NCBI GenBank assembly: GCA_963977015.1
Contig: CAXBMO010000002.1
Span: 32,001-96,000, forward strand
Direction of reading: 5' to 3'
Length of the DNA: 64,000 nucleotides
Source: an uncultured bacterium
GTDB lineage: Bacteria > Verrucomicrobiota > Verrucomicrobiia > Verrucomicrobiales > DEV007
The notes below the pieces were generated by a model, which was not told where the DNA came from, ran no database searches, and saw nothing but the letters and a program-made list of their open reading frames with translations. A program made the translations under genes and the position numbers. Numbering within the stretch: the first letter of the stretch is position 1; every line of letters starts with the position of its first letter. This document shows positions 9,989 through 20,588 of this stretch, one piece after another.

Positions 9989-10804
9989 ACGCCTCTTCCA
10001 CTACTCCTTCCTTGTTGGACGGCGCTCTTTTCGGAGCGGTCTCCAAGGCTTGGAAGGGCGTCGGAACGCGAGACGAAATGGCAGTAATCCCTCTATTGAA
10101 CTCCGTTGGTCTGGAGTAAGAGGCAGCCGATGAGACTCCGAACCCTAAGTTCTTGGCCAAACTTTGGATGATCAGCACCATCCTTTGGGCCGATCCTCAT
10201 CATATCCCTAACAAGGCTTCAGGGAAGGTTCTCCATTTGGAGGCGTTTCCATCATCTAACGGCCCAATCTGCCGAGTTAGAGCAGAGCAAACGGAGGATA
10301 TCGCCAATGCCGCAAGGAGATTTGGCGACCTGCAAGGCGTTACAGGCAACCAGAGGAAGCCCGGAAACCGAACAAAAATGCTACAGGAGACCAATGATGC
10401 AGGCTGCCGGGTGTCCGCTGATACTTGTTCCTTCTGTAAAACCGCTCTCTTTCCTGACCGCCGTCATTCTCACTGCCCACAGGCCCAGGGAAACGGCCCC
10501 GGCCACACCCTATCAATAGGATTCATGGCCCTTTTCTGACACGATCCTCATCTGCGCGACCAATGGCCTTTCAGGCCCGCAAAATCCGCCTGACAGCCCA
10601 TCCACTAACTCGAATTCCCCTTGGTCAAACCAGGTCGATCCCCCGATGACGATGCCTGTCAGGCACCACCAAATCGGGCTCCGGTTAATGCATGGAGCCA
10701 TTTCGCGCTCACCGACGCCCCAATCATTGAGTTTCCCTAAATCTTCAATAATACAGAATTAAATGGTTGCATTGATAGTTAACCTTCATTAAATAAGACC
10801 CCGT

Positions 10805-11971
10805 ATGCACGCACAAAACCAAAACCAAGGCCCCCGGTTCTTATGGACCGTTGGCTTCCTAGCGCTCGGCACTCTGAGCGCAATAGGTGCGAGTAGCCTG
10901 TTCCCATGGTATCTCGCAATTGTGATAGCGGTACTTGTTGCCGGACTTGCAAGCGCTAGCGCGTTTCAGTTCCGCTCAACGGGTAACCTGCTCTACCTAG
11001 TAGCTACAGTGGCAATGACACTGCTAGCCTCCGGCTTGGACGGAGTCTCCGTTTGGGAGATTCTCAACAAGCGTCAAAACCAGGATCTCAGTGCCTCTCG
11101 TGCTGAGAAAGTCGTCTATGAAACGCAACTCGAAGCCGCTGAGGCTGAGATTGCAGCAGCTCGCACCGAAGTTCAAGCAATGGTGCAGGTTGCTACTGAC
11201 ATGGACAATGATGGAAAAGGTGACAACGATCACCTGATTCCGGGGCAATTGGCCCTGATTGAAGCTAAGCGCGCCGATCTTGCTGGTCTGGTCGCTGCTG
11301 TTGCACCCCTCCGTGCTCAAGTTGTTTCTGCCGCTGCAATTGCAGCCCAGAACGATACAGGCCGACATGTGCTTCTGCAGATGGCCGACAAACAGGAAAA
11401 GCCTGCTCAATGGCTCATTTCCCGCGCGGCAATTGTATTCTGCATCCCAGAATTCACGTTGGCGCTGTTGGCTTGGAGTTTGCGCTCCGGATCCAGTTCT
11501 ACATCGAATGGTTCCTACCAGCCTGTCCAGGCTCGCGGTTTGGCGGCCCTGACGGCCATGCCTGAACATCAAGTTCAGCCGCAACCTCAACATCGGGAAA
11601 TCCCACAACCACAGCCACAGGCTCCGTTGCCTGTTCCGCGGCAACATACCGAGGTTGTTGCTGCTGCGTCGCCACCAGCGGCGCGTCGGAAGACCTCGCA
11701 CGTCAGAACTCGAGAACGTGAACGAGTTGAAGAACCAACTACCAATGAAGTTAGTAACAATACAGAAATAGCATCAGCTACCCCAATCAATAATAACAAC
11801 AACCGAACAAACTCAACACAACCCGCGCCGGAAAGCGCAGAACCTAGCAGCACCCCTGTTAATTCAAGTCGTCCGGCTCAATCCATAAAAGCTAAACGTT
11901 CAGGACCATCAAAACTGTTTTCCAGAGGAAGACGGGCCCATCCAGAGGCTGGTATGGTTCTAAACAATTGA
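10805..11971 (+). CDS. Hypothetical membrane protein (3 N-terminal TM, coiled coil, 4th TM, disordered tail)
   Basis: 388-aa ORF with an AT-rich upstream region and its own intrinsic terminator; hydrophobic segments; Ala/Glu heptad region; Pro/Gln/Asn-rich tail. Confidence 0.75.
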   Translation: MHAQNQNQGPRFLWTVGFLALGTLSAIGASSLFPWYLAIVIAVLVAGLASASAFQFRSTGNLLYLVATVAMTLLASGLDGVSVWEILNKRQNQDLSASRAEKVVYETQLEAAEAEIAAARTEVQAMVQVATDMDNDGKGDNDHLIPGQLALIEAKRADLAGLVAAVAPLRAQVVSAAAIAAQNDTGRHVLLQMADKQEKPAQWLISRAAIVFCIPEFTLALLAWSLRSGSSSTSNGSYQPVQARGLAALTAMPEHQVQPQPQHREIPQPQPQAPLPVPRQHTEVVAAASPPAARRKTSHVRTRERERVEEPTTNEVSNNTEIASATPINNNNNRTNSTQPAPESAEPSSTPVNSSRPAQSIKAKRSGPSKLFSRGRRAHPEAGMVLNN

Positions 11972-11998
11972 TACTAAGCTGATTTAAACCAAATTTTC

Positions 11999-12032
11999 AA
12001 ACCTCGTCCGGTTCGCCGGACGGGGTTTTTTT
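11999..12032 (+). terminator. Intrinsic terminator between convergent genes
   Basis: aaacctcgtccgg-TTCG-ccggacggggttt followed by a T-run. Confidence 0.85.
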
Positions 12033-12057
12033 GTGTTCATATTTCGACAGCTTCAAC

Positions 12058-13266
12058 CTACTTTTTCTTCCGGAAAGGAAGCCGCAGGCCGGATGATGTT
12101 GGTCGAGACGCACCGCTCTCCGAGGTCTTCGCTTTGACGTTTGCCGAACCCGAGTCCGATCCTCCACTTGATTTAGCCGTTGAAGCTGAAGTTTGCTGAG
12201 GACTCACCTCATCCTCCTTGATGTTTTTCACCTGCTTGCGAACCAGCCAATGCTGTTGCAATGCCTGGCCAAGAAGTTCGTACTCTTCAATCGCCTTCTG
12301 CATGACAACGGCAACTTCAGTGAATTGATTGACTGCTTTGTCCGTGGCATTGAGCATGGAAGGGAGTGAAGACAGCGATTCGTTCACTTCCATTGTGGCT
12401 TTTTCGATTTGCGTAATGGTGCTCTTCAATTGATTCGCAAGATTTTCATCATTGAAGAGCGCTCCGGCGATCCCGCTTTCACCATCTTTCATCCCGCTGA
12501 GCAGGTCATTGATCGCCGTGACCGACTTACTCACATCAGCTGAGGCGGTTTCAAAGTTCTCCAGGGTCGCCTTCATCCTCAACGCAGCCTCATTGTCATT
12601 CACCAGCAGGCCAATCACACTTTCCTCCATGCTGGCCTTATCCGCGATTTCGCGCAATGAAGCCAGCGCCTGCTTAAGATCGCCGTCCTGCTTGTTAAAG
12701 GAATCTGCCAGTTCCCCAACTTTTACGGTTGTGATCGAAATATTGTTTACCGCTCGCTCGACCGCCGCTTCGATATTCTCTTTCTTTTCCAGTCGGAGAT
12801 ACAGCTCGTCCGAGGCTCCAACCGCATTGGTTCCCCTGGAGATGTCAAAATAGGGAGCCCCGAAACCACCCCAATCATACTTGAGATTGGCAATGGAGTC
12901 AGATCCCACGAACGCGATCCAATCCCCCTTGACCTTGAGCACGGCAACAATCTCGACGTTGATGGGTTGAACCAGCATCGGATCGAACGTTTTGGTCGTA
13001 ATCGTCCCATCAGCGGCACGACTTTTCTCTCTGAACTCGATGCGTTCCACCGTCCCAGCCCTGCTGCCCATGATTTTGACGTCCGTGCCAGGTTTCACAT
13101 CATTCGTGCTTTCACCTTCAAGCACCACGCGAATGACACGCCTTGGCTCAAACCAGCCCTGAGCTTGCCCACTGAGTACGATTCCGACGACCAAGAGAAC
13201 CGCGGCCAGCAGCACAAAGAAGCCAGCTATCTCGCTGACATACCGAAAACGAAAAGGTTTCTCCAT
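12058..13266 (-). CDS. MlaD/MCE-family protein
   Basis: N-terminal TM, then VKPGTDVKIMGSRAGTVERI (MCE domain) and a long helical region ending in QQHWLVR. ATG at 13266. Confidence 0.85.
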   Translation of the reverse strand: MEKPFRFRYVSEIAGFFVLLAAVLLVVGIVLSGQAQGWFEPRRVIRVVLEGESTNDVKPGTDVKIMGSRAGTVERIEFREKSRAADGTITTKTFDPMLVQPINVEIVAVLKVKGDWIAFVGSDSIANLKYDWGGFGAPYFDISRGTNAVGASDELYLRLEKKENIEAAVERAVNNISITTVKVGELADSFNKQDGDLKQALASLREIADKASMEESVIGLLVNDNEAALRMKATLENFETASADVSKSVTAINDLLSGMKDGESGIAGALFNDENLANQLKSTITQIEKATMEVNESLSSLPSMLNATDKAVNQFTEVAVVMQKAIEEYELLGQALQQHWLVRKQVKNIKEDEVSPQQTSASTAKSSGGSDSGSANVKAKTSESGASRPTSSGLRLPFRKKK

Positions 13267-13307
13267 AAGCTTGCTTAGAATACTAAGTTCATTTGTATCA
13301 TTGATGT

Positions 13308-14012
13308 TCAGCGGAATTCGCCACTCAGGGCCTCGGGACACGTTTCAAACCGATAAGTGGGTTCAACATCCAGGCGCTCAAACGTGTCTCCCTGGTAATC
13401 GATCCACAAAACAGGAGTGCCATCGGCACGGACTCTCTGAATCTGCTGAATCAAGGGACGCATTTGCTCTAATGTGAGGTGATATCCTGGTCGTTCCAGA
13501 ATCAACAGCTTGAGCGGATCCGGAAGAAAGGCTCTGACCCATTGGGCTTTGGTCAATTCTTCAGCAGACGCGTTTGACGGCCTCGAATGCGGCAACACTT
13601 GAAACCCGAATCGCTGTCCCATTTCCTGGGCGCGTTCGTGAACCGTGGCAAGGGTTTGGCCAGGCCGAAAGAACTGCGCAACCATGATGTTTTCATCAAT
13701 ATCGAGGTTGTGAAGCCAATTTGAGCCGCCGCGAGGGGCAAAAACCCTTCCGATTTGGCTGCGATTCCGCAACAAATCCGGTGCCCCCATTCTGGTCCAA
13801 TCTTCCCCGAGAAACTCAATCGTCCCGGATGACGGCCGGCGGAGGCCCATGGCCAGATCCGCGATTTCCGGGGTCTTCTTTTGGGAGTCCGAACAAAAGA
13901 GAGCGAGTTCCCCGGCACCGAGTGCAAGACTGAATCCGCTCTCCCCCTCTCCAGATAAATAATTCAAACGAACATCACTGAAGCGCAAAACAATGTCCGT
14001 ATTCTTCTTCAT
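13308..14012 (-). CDS. MlaF-like ABC ATP-binding subunit with degenerate motifs
   Basis: ABC fold landmarks (VLRFSDV, GL..PSSGTIEFLG, IGRVF, ENI, LLILE.P) located between mlaE- and mlaD-like genes. ATG at 14012 overlaps the mlaE stop (TGATG). Confidence 0.75.
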   Translation of the reverse strand: MKKNTDIVLRFSDVRLNYLSGEGESGFSLALGAGELALFCSDSQKKTPEIADLAMGLRRPSSGTIEFLGEDWTRMGAPDLLRNRSQIGRVFAPRGGSNWLHNLDIDENIMVAQFFRPGQTLATVHERAQEMGQRFGFQVLPHSRPSNASAEELTKAQWVRAFLPDPLKLLILERPGYHLTLEQMRPLIQQIQRVRADGTPVLWIDYQGDTFERLDVEPTYRFETCPEALSGEFR

Positions 14013-14803
14013 CAGATGTAGGTAATGATCATAACGGCCCCTGAGATGATGACGGTCGCGCTGATCGACCGCAGGATGGCTCGACTCACGGCTTGAGGAA
14101 CTTCCGTACTGGCTCCCTTGACGCGCAACCCCTCGTAACAGCAAATGGCGCCCATGAAGAGGCCCGGCAAAATGCTCTTGATACCAAGCGCAAACCAGTC
14201 CCTCAAAAAGACGGATCCAAAGACGCTTTGCAAGAATGGGATGGGCCCCTGCCCTTCTGTATTGATGAAGACGAATCCCAAACCACTTGCGACAATGGCA
14301 ACCGCCAGAAAGACGCAACTAAGACCGAAAACACAAATTGCCAAGCCTACCATCCTTGGAACCGCCAAATAACTGAAAATGTCGATACCTTGCGCTTCGA
14401 GGAGAGCAACCTGGCCGGTTGTTTTCATCGTTGCGAGCTCTGTGGTCACCGCTGAAGCACTTGCCCCGATCACAATAAACGTGGCCAGGAACGGAGCGGC
14501 CTCCCGAATTAACAGAGCGCCAACCATTCTCCCCAAAAACTCGATTTTATCGGTGTATTGCAGCCAAAAAAAACACTGCACATAGACCATCGCGCCAACG
14601 ACTGCTGCAACCATCATCGTGAACGGGACTGCATCGACACCCGCAAAGAGAATTTGCCGGGCAAGGCGGTCTCTCACCGGAAAAACCCACGTCCGGGGAT
14701 TGAGGGCACGTGTCATTCCAACCACCATCATGGTGCTTAAATAGAATTCTTGTTGAGCCCTTGCGATGCTGTTACGCCCAATTTTTGCGAGAATTCCAGA
14801 CAT
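14012..14803 (-). CDS. MlaE-family ABC permease
   Basis: QI.F.GV.A, LIRE.AP, SA.T.EL.TM, YL.VPR and EVPQAVSRA motifs; multiple TM segments. Confidence 0.9.
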   Translation of the reverse strand: MSGILAKIGRNSIARAQQEFYLSTMMVVGMTRALNPRTWVFPVRDRLARQILFAGVDAVPFTMMVAAVVGAMVYVQCFFWLQYTDKIEFLGRMVGALLIREAAPFLATFIVIGASASAVTTELATMKTTGQVALLEAQGIDIFSYLAVPRMVGLAICVFGLSCVFLAVAIVASGLGFVFINTEGQGPIPFLQSVFGSVFLRDWFALGIKSILPGLFMGAICCYEGLRVKGASTEVPQAVSRAILRSISATVIISGAVMIITYI

Positions 14804-14853
14804 CTTGCCGTAGATTCCACGTTTTCAGTAACTCGAGCAACCCAAAAAACCGG

Positions 14854-15114
14854 TTAATCACGCTTCCACCAATCAGATTCTTTCTCCCAGGAGTTGGTGT
14901 CAGCGCGTTGCTCTTCTTCCGTTTCAAGAATGTCCCCCAAGCTCGTGGGGTCTGGCAGCGGATTCCGCGCCCGATACCGAAGCCGCAAAATGAAGAGCCC
15001 AACGGCAACCAGCATCAAAAGAATCAAGGAGATGCTAAAAATCGCCATCCAAAACGTTCCGGGATGAGGCGATGCTGCCGCTTCGGTATTCTGATTGGGC
15101 AAGATAATCATCAT
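14854..15114 (-). CDS. Small single-pass membrane protein, first gene of the mla-like unit
   Basis: One strong TM followed by RLRYRAR; acidic tail ending [11 protein letters not shown]; co-oriented with mlaE about 50 bp upstream. Confidence 0.6.
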   Translation of the reverse strand: MMIILPNQNTEAAASPHPGTFWMAIFSISLILLMLVAVGLFILRLRYRARNPLPDPTSLGDILETEEEQRADTNSWEKESDWWKRD

Positions 15115-15172
15115 GGCAAAACTGACTTACGAAAATGCGACTCACTAGAGACTATACTCGCAAAAGAAACGC

Positions 15173-15201
15173 TTGACCCCTTTCCGAGCTCGAAAGATAT
15201 T
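15173..15201 (+). promoter_or_regulatory. Possible sigma70 promoter of rpoD
   Basis: TTGACC-17 bp-GATATT about 60 bp upstream of the ATG at 15259. Confidence 0.3.
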
Positions 15202-15258
15202 CCCTTGCTTCGGATTAAGTCGAATCCGCAGTCTCTGTTTTTGGTCGAATTGGCTGTC

Positions 15259-16953
15259 ATGGCGCGAAAGGCTCCCCCACAAATTTCCTCAGACAACGCC
15301 TCGCAGGTCGCGAATGCGCATGCAAAGCCCGCCCCAAAGGCTCGCAGCAAAAAGTCTGATCCTTCTCCAGTTGCATCCCCTGCCTCTGATATCGATTCAC
15401 CAGAGATTCGTGAACGATTACGGGATCTCATCAAACTCGCCAAGGAACAGGACTATCTGACCTACGACGACCTCAACGAGGCGCTTCCGGACACGGTCGT
15501 TTCGCCCGAGGCCATTGAAGAGATTCTTGATCGTCTTCGAAGCATGGAATTTTCGATCATCGATTCTTCAGAGGTCGATCAACTAAACAAGGGCGATGAC
15601 AAGGCGGATGAACTGGATGAACGCCCGAAACCGGACCCCAAACTGGACGTGCTCGACGATCCGGTCCGAATGTATCTGAAGCAGATGGGTCAAGTCCCAT
15701 TGCTGACCCGTGACGAAGAGGTTTTGATCTCGAAGCGGATCGAGAAAGCCGAAAGCTGCGTTCAACGCATCATTCATCAGTTTGGCTTTACCCCAGACGC
15801 CTACCTTGACTTGGCGGCACGCCTTATGGAAGGCGAAGAACGCTTTGACCGGGTTATCGTCGATAAAAAGGTCGAGAATCGCGACAAATATCTTCGCGCA
15901 GTCCCCAAACTCTGCGATCAAATCACAGAGTTGCGGACGCAGATTGGCAAGCTCCGCGCCTCAATCGCAAAGTCGAAGGGAGCCAAAAAGGATGCGCTCG
16001 AACAGGATCTCAAGAAGGCCGCATCCAGCCTACACCGAATTTACGGGAAGTTTCATTTCAAGCAGAAGGTCACCGAAGAATTTGTCTCTCTGGCTGATCA
16101 ATACCTCGGACAGGTCGGCGATGACTCGGATCAAGAGCAATTCGCCGAATTGACGTGGATGGCTCCAGAAGCGTTTTCCAACGCGTTGGAAGAAGCGAAC
16201 AAGTGGCTGGAAGAGTCGCGTCAAGCCAAGGAAGAGATGGTCGAGGCGAACCTGAGACTGGTCATTTCCATCGCAAAGAAGTACACCAACCGCGGGTTGT
16301 CCTTTCTCGATTTGATTCAGGAAGGGAACATGGGGTTGATGAAAGCGGTCGAGAAATTCGAGTACAAGCGCGGCTACAAGTTTTCGACCTACGCAACCTG
16401 GTGGATTCGCCAGGCGATTACCCGGTCCATTGCCGATCAGGCCCGAACCATTCGAATTCCGGTCCATATGATCGAGACCATCAACAAGCTGATGCGGGTG
16501 CAAAAGCAGTTGGTCCAGGAATACGGACGTGAACCAACGGCGGACGAAATTGCCGACGAAATTCATTTACCAGTCGAGCGGGTGCGCGCCGTTCTCAAAA
16601 TGGCGCAGCAGCCGATTAGCCTGCAGGCCCCGGTTGGAGACGGCGATGAAACCAGTTTTGGAGACTTTATCGAGGATAAGAGTGCCGAAGACCCAAGTGA
16701 CATCACCGCCTTCAGCATCTTGAAGGACAAGATTCGCGAAGTCCTCGACACGCTGACCGAGCGGGAACGCCAAGTATTGGAACAACGCTTTGGATTGATT
16801 GATGGTTACAGCCGCACCTTGGAAGAGGTCGGAAAGCAATTTGAGGTAACTCGCGAACGAATTCGCCAAATTGAGGCCAAAGCCCTACGAAAAATGCGTC
16901 ATCCAACCCGGATTCGACAACTCGAGGGTTTCCTCGAGATGACGCAGCTCTGA
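15259..16953 (+). CDS. rpoD: RNA polymerase primary sigma factor RpoD
   Basis: Region 1.1 ([12 protein letters not shown]), [60 protein letters not shown] and [21 protein letters not shown]. The real start is at MARKAPPQ (15259), not 14710. Confidence 0.97.
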   Translation: MARKAPPQISSDNASQVANAHAKPAPKARSKKSDPSPVASPASDIDSPEIRERLRDLIKLAKEQDYLTYDDLNEALPDTVVSPEAIEEILDRLRSMEFSIIDSSEVDQLNKGDDKADELDERPKPDPKLDVLDDPVRMYLKQMGQVPLLTRDEEVLISKRIEKAESCVQRIIHQFGFTPDAYLDLAARLMEGEERFDRVIVDKKVENRDKYLRAVPKLCDQITELRTQIGKLRASIAKSKGAKKDALEQDLKKAASSLHRIYGKFHFKQKVTEEFVSLADQYLGQVGDDSDQEQFAELTWMAPEAFSNALEEANKWLEESRQAKEEMVEANLRLVISIAKKYTNRGLSFLDLIQEGNMGLMKAVEKFEYKRGYKFSTYATWWIRQAITRSIADQARTIRIPVHMIETINKLMRVQKQLVQEYGREPTADEIADEIHLPVERVRAVLKMAQQPISLQAPVGDGDETSFGDFIEDKSAEDPSDITAFSILKDKIREVLDTLTERERQVLEQRFGLIDGYSRTLEEVGKQFEVTRERIRQIEAKALRKMRHPTRIRQLEGFLEMTQL

Positions 16954-16996
16954 TTTTTTTGCAACTTTCCTGTCCAAACAGAGTTGAATCCGGCGA

Positions 16997-17404
16997 ATGG
17001 AACCTCAGGAACATGACGAACTCTGGACGCTGCTTGGCAAATCCCCGCCAAAGAAAGCATCGGGAGCCTTTGTTCAAAACACCCTTCGTGAAGTCAGAAA
17101 ATCACAATCGACGGCTAACGAAGCCGGCGGTTCTTGGTTGGATTTCTTCAAAAGCCCGGTTCTTGTCGGCTCGTTCGCCGCCTTGATCGTTTTGACGATT
17201 GCCATCCTGGCGATTCCGCAAACCCCTGAAAAAACTGGGATTGCGTCGATACCAACGGAAGAATCCACTCGAAGCGTGGTTTCCGGGGATGAAGTCGATA
17301 TCTTGACTGAAGAATTGGAAGTTCTTACGATGGTCAGCGAATTTCTCGCGGTTTCTGATCCGAGCTACTTGGATGACGCGGCGTTGGCCGAACTCCTGTT
17401 CTAA
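16997..17404 (+). CDS. Single-pass membrane protein resembling small anti-sigma-like proteins
   Basis: N-terminal DELWTLLGKSPPKKASGAFVQNTLREVR, one TM, acidic C-terminal tail. Confidence 0.6.
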   Translation: MEPQEHDELWTLLGKSPPKKASGAFVQNTLREVRKSQSTANEAGGSWLDFFKSPVLVGSFAALIVLTIAILAIPQTPEKTGIASIPTEESTRSVVSGDEVDILTEELEVLTMVSEFLAVSDPSYLDDAALAELLF

Positions 17405-17412
17405 AGGAGCAG

Positions 17413-20400
17413 CTAGGGAGCGTCTGGGGCAAAACCTCGCCGCATCGTGTTCTCGGTCACTACTTTCGGGTTCATGAACTGGAGCAAATAGTCCGGTCCA
17501 CCAGCTTTGGAACCGACGCCCGACATGGCGCTGCCTCCAAATGCCTGTCGCCCCACCAGCGCCCCTGTGATTCCCCGATTCAAGTAGAGGTTACCGACGT
17601 CAAACTCTCGTCTCGCACGTTCCAGATGGCTGGGCGTACGACTGAAAACACCGCCCGTCAGCGCATAGTCAGTCGAGTTCCCAGCGACCAGCGCTTCGTC
17701 AAAATCCCGAACCCGCATCACCACGAGTAGCGGTCCAAAAACTTCTTCCTGAGCAATCCGGTGTTCCGGCTTAATGCCCGTGAAGATCATGATCGGCGCA
17801 ACGCTTCCACGTCCCCGACACTCAGATTCGAAAGCCAGATCTCCTTCTTCCTTTGCAATCGAAGCGTATTTCTGAAATTTGGCCAACGCCGATTCATTGA
17901 TCAACGCCCCCATGTGATACTGAGGATCCTCGCTGGGCCCGAGTTTCCAACCTTTGGCGGCATCAACCAGCCGGTTCACAAAGCGGTCGTGAACCGAATC
18001 GAGAACGATCACGCGAGAACAAGCGGAACACTTTTGCCCCTGAAACCCAAAGGCGGACCGGAGCACCGCAGGAACGGCTTCGTCCAGGTCAGCGTCGTCA
18101 TCAACGATGATCGCATTCTTGCCGCCCATTTCCGCGATGACCCGTTTTACGTGGCGTTGTTCGGGATGCGTCACGGCCGCCCGCTCGATGATTCGCAAAC
18201 CCGTTTGGCGTGATCCCGTAAACGCAATGGTTGCAACATCGGGGTGGATATTGAGTTCGCCGCCAATTTCCCGCCCGGAGCCCGGCACGAAATTCAGCAC
18301 TCCATCGGGCAATCCTGCGTCATGAAGAAGCGCGACTAGAATGGAGCCGGTAATCGCAGAGAGACCGGAGGGTTTGAAGACGACCGTGTTTCCCGTGACG
18401 AGAGCCGCAGCAATCATGCCCGCGCTGATCGCAAACGGAAAATTCCAAGGAGCAATTACCGCAGTTACTCCCCGCCCTTCGTTCGATAGCGAGTTTGCCT
18501 CACCGGGCAGTTGCAGGAGCGAATTGGCCAAGCTCAGACGCTCGGCTTCTCGGGCGTAGTAGCGAAAGAAGTCGATCATTTCTTCGATCTCTCCACTGGC
18601 CTCCTGCCATTGTTTTCCAACCTCCAGAATGGCCCAGGATGCGAGTTCAAACCTGCGTTCTTCGCAAAGGTCAGCAGCTCGGTTCAGAATAGCACTGCGC
18701 TCCGCCTGGCTCGTTTTCTTCCAACTGAGAAATGCCGCTTGGGCAGACGCAATGGCGTTGCTGGCATCCCCCTTTCGTCCCAGATGAAACCTGCCCAGAA
18801 CTTCATCAGGCAGGTTCGGGTTGAACGATGTCGCGAGATTCCCGGATTCAACCTTTTCCCCATTGATCACGAGAAAATGCTCTTCTCCCAAGCCCGATGC
18901 CCGGATTCCCGCGATCGCGTCCTGCATTCTGGTGCGATTCGCTGCAATGGTGAAATCAACGGTCGAAACGTTTCGAAATTCCGATTCCCTGGAGGATCTG
19001 GTTTTGGGCGGGGATTTGCGCAGTTCATCAACCGGATTTTTCAACAGCGCACCCATATCTGTTTCCTCACCAAAAGTCGCCCGCAGGAAACTTTGGTTGG
19101 CGGTGTTTTCGAGAATTCTCCGCACGAGGTAAGCCATTCCCGGAATCAGCTCGCCAAACGGGGCATACAATCGCACCCGGCCAGCAATATCGCGAATCGC
19201 GTCGCGAACCGGCTCAGCCATCCCATAGAGCAGCTGAAACTCGAAGCAATCCGCAGCAACCTTCAGTTTCCTGGCAGTTTCCAAAACAACAGCGATCGAC
19301 CGAATGTTGTGCGAGGCGCAGGCAAAATAGCAGATATCAGAGTTCTCCAGCAGGATACGGCTGCACTTTTCGAAATTGGCATCGGTTTGCGGTTTCTGCT
19401 CCCAAACGCGGTTTGCCCATCCGTTTTGGGCTGCGATCACCGTTTCGCAGTCCCAATAGGCGCCTTTCACGAGCCGAATCGCCGATGGCAGGTTCTCTTC
19501 CCGCATCCACGCAAGCAGGTTGCGTAAATCCGCTTCCGTCTCGCGCAGATAGGCCTGCAACACGATTCCCAGATTCTGGTAGCCGGGGTTCTCACTCCGC
19601 AGGCGACGAAAAACTTCAATCGTGATGTCCTTCAAGCGGTAGCTCTCCATATCCAGACACACCGCGGCCCCCGTTTCATTCGCCTTCCCGACGATCTTCC
19701 GCAACCGCCCCAAAATTCCGTTCACAGATCCCTCGAAATCCAGGGGATCGACCAACGAATAGAGGGCGCTTGGCTTGACCGAGATTTGGGCGATCGGTGC
19801 CGAGTCCCAATCGAGGCTCGCCTGTTCGCTCGCGCGAATCGGATTCAGCTTCTGATCCGCAAATTGATCCAGCACCGCCAAATAAGACTGCAGATGTTCC
19901 TCCGCCTCCTTCTCGGTCACGACAGCCTCACCCAACAGATCGAGAATTACGGCATACTCCTCCTTGCGAAGCTTCTTGGCTCCTCGCATTGCCTCTTCGA
20001 TCCCGGAACCGACGATGAATTGATGGGCCATCATTTCCAGATTCTTGCGAATCGCCACGTTCATGACGGAATGGCCCGCCCGCCCCAGAAATCCGCTGGT
20101 TTGAGCGCCGAATCTCAGGAACGCGGGAATATCGCCGCCATCCGCGACAAAATATTCCTGGATCAACCGATGGAGCTGCCCCGGATTGCTCACGCTTGGG
20201 TAAGCATCCACAAATCGAAGCAGTCTGACGCGGAAATCGGGCTTGCTCATTGCCCAGGACATCAGCTTTCCCGTCCATTGAGTGGAATCAAACACGGAGG
20301 GCTTTTTCCCTTCAATGACGGAAAAAATCTCTCGGGCCCGGGCCTGAACACGCTCCTCCAACTGCGATTGAGTAGCCGCATTTTCGCGAGAAAGGCCAAC

Positions 20401-20427
20401 GGTGGAAGGAATGAAGGAAGCAGGCAT
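17413..20427 (-). CDS. putA: Bifunctional proline dehydrogenase / P5C dehydrogenase PutA (short type, no RHH domain)
   Basis: PRODH motifs DLLGE, SVKPS, LDME, QAYL, RLVKGAYW, ASHN and YLVRR.LEN. ALDH motifs PWNFP, FTGS, EMGGKN, GQKCSACS and EVFGP. Start either ATG 20427 or TTG 20466. Confidence 0.95.
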   Translation of the reverse strand: MPASFIPSTVGLSRENAATQSQLEERVQARAREIFSVIEGKKPSVFDSTQWTGKLMSWAMSKPDFRVRLLRFVDAYPSVSNPGQLHRLIQEYFVADGGDIPAFLRFGAQTSGFLGRAGHSVMNVAIRKNLEMMAHQFIVGSGIEEAMRGAKKLRKEEYAVILDLLGEAVVTEKEAEEHLQSYLAVLDQFADQKLNPIRASEQASLDWDSAPIAQISVKPSALYSLVDPLDFEGSVNGILGRLRKIVGKANETGAAVCLDMESYRLKDITIEVFRRLRSENPGYQNLGIVLQAYLRETEADLRNLLAWMREENLPSAIRLVKGAYWDCETVIAAQNGWANRVWEQKPQTDANFEKCSRILLENSDICYFACASHNIRSIAVVLETARKLKVAADCFEFQLLYGMAEPVRDAIRDIAGRVRLYAPFGELIPGMAYLVRRILENTANQSFLRATFGEETDMGALLKNPVDELRKSPPKTRSSRESEFRNVSTVDFTIAANRTRMQDAIAGIRASGLGEEHFLVINGEKVESGNLATSFNPNLPDEVLGRFHLGRKGDASNAIASAQAAFLSWKKTSQAERSAILNRAADLCEERRFELASWAILEVGKQWQEASGEIEEMIDFFRYYAREAERLSLANSLLQLPGEANSLSNEGRGVTAVIAPWNFPFAISAGMIAAALVTGNTVVFKPSGLSAITGSILVALLHDAGLPDGVLNFVPGSGREIGGELNIHPDVATIAFTGSRQTGLRIIERAAVTHPEQRHVKRVIAEMGGKNAIIVDDDADLDEAVPAVLRSAFGFQGQKCSACSRVIVLDSVHDRFVNRLVDAAKGWKLGPSEDPQYHMGALINESALAKFQKYASIAKEEGDLAFESECRGRGSVAPIMIFTGIKPEHRIAQEEVFGPLLVVMRVRDFDEALVAGNSTDYALTGGVFSRTPSHLERARREFDVGNLYLNRGITGALVGRQAFGGSAMSGVGSKAGGPDYLLQFMNPKVVTENTMRRGFAPDAP

Positions 20428-20588
20428 AGAGAGGGAGGTTGCCTTCCTTGTTAGATTGTCCGACAATTAGGGATTCTGCAAGACAATTCGAGTCTTCCGA
20501 TCACGGAAAGCAACTCCAAAGTCGGCTCCGTTTTTCAATCTTCTTCCACTGGACTGCTTTGGGGTATTCGGTTAGAACCGCCCCGAGA

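Noticed and set aside
14013..14318. N-terminal extension of the ABC ATPase ORF, considered as a place for the missing Walker A
   Set aside because: It overlaps mlaE in another frame and contains no P-loop; the TGATG coupling supports a start at 14012.
14710..15258. 183-aa N-terminal extension of RpoD in the ORF track
   Set aside because: It overlaps mlaE and the small TM gene on the opposite strand; RpoD-like sequence begins at about 15259.
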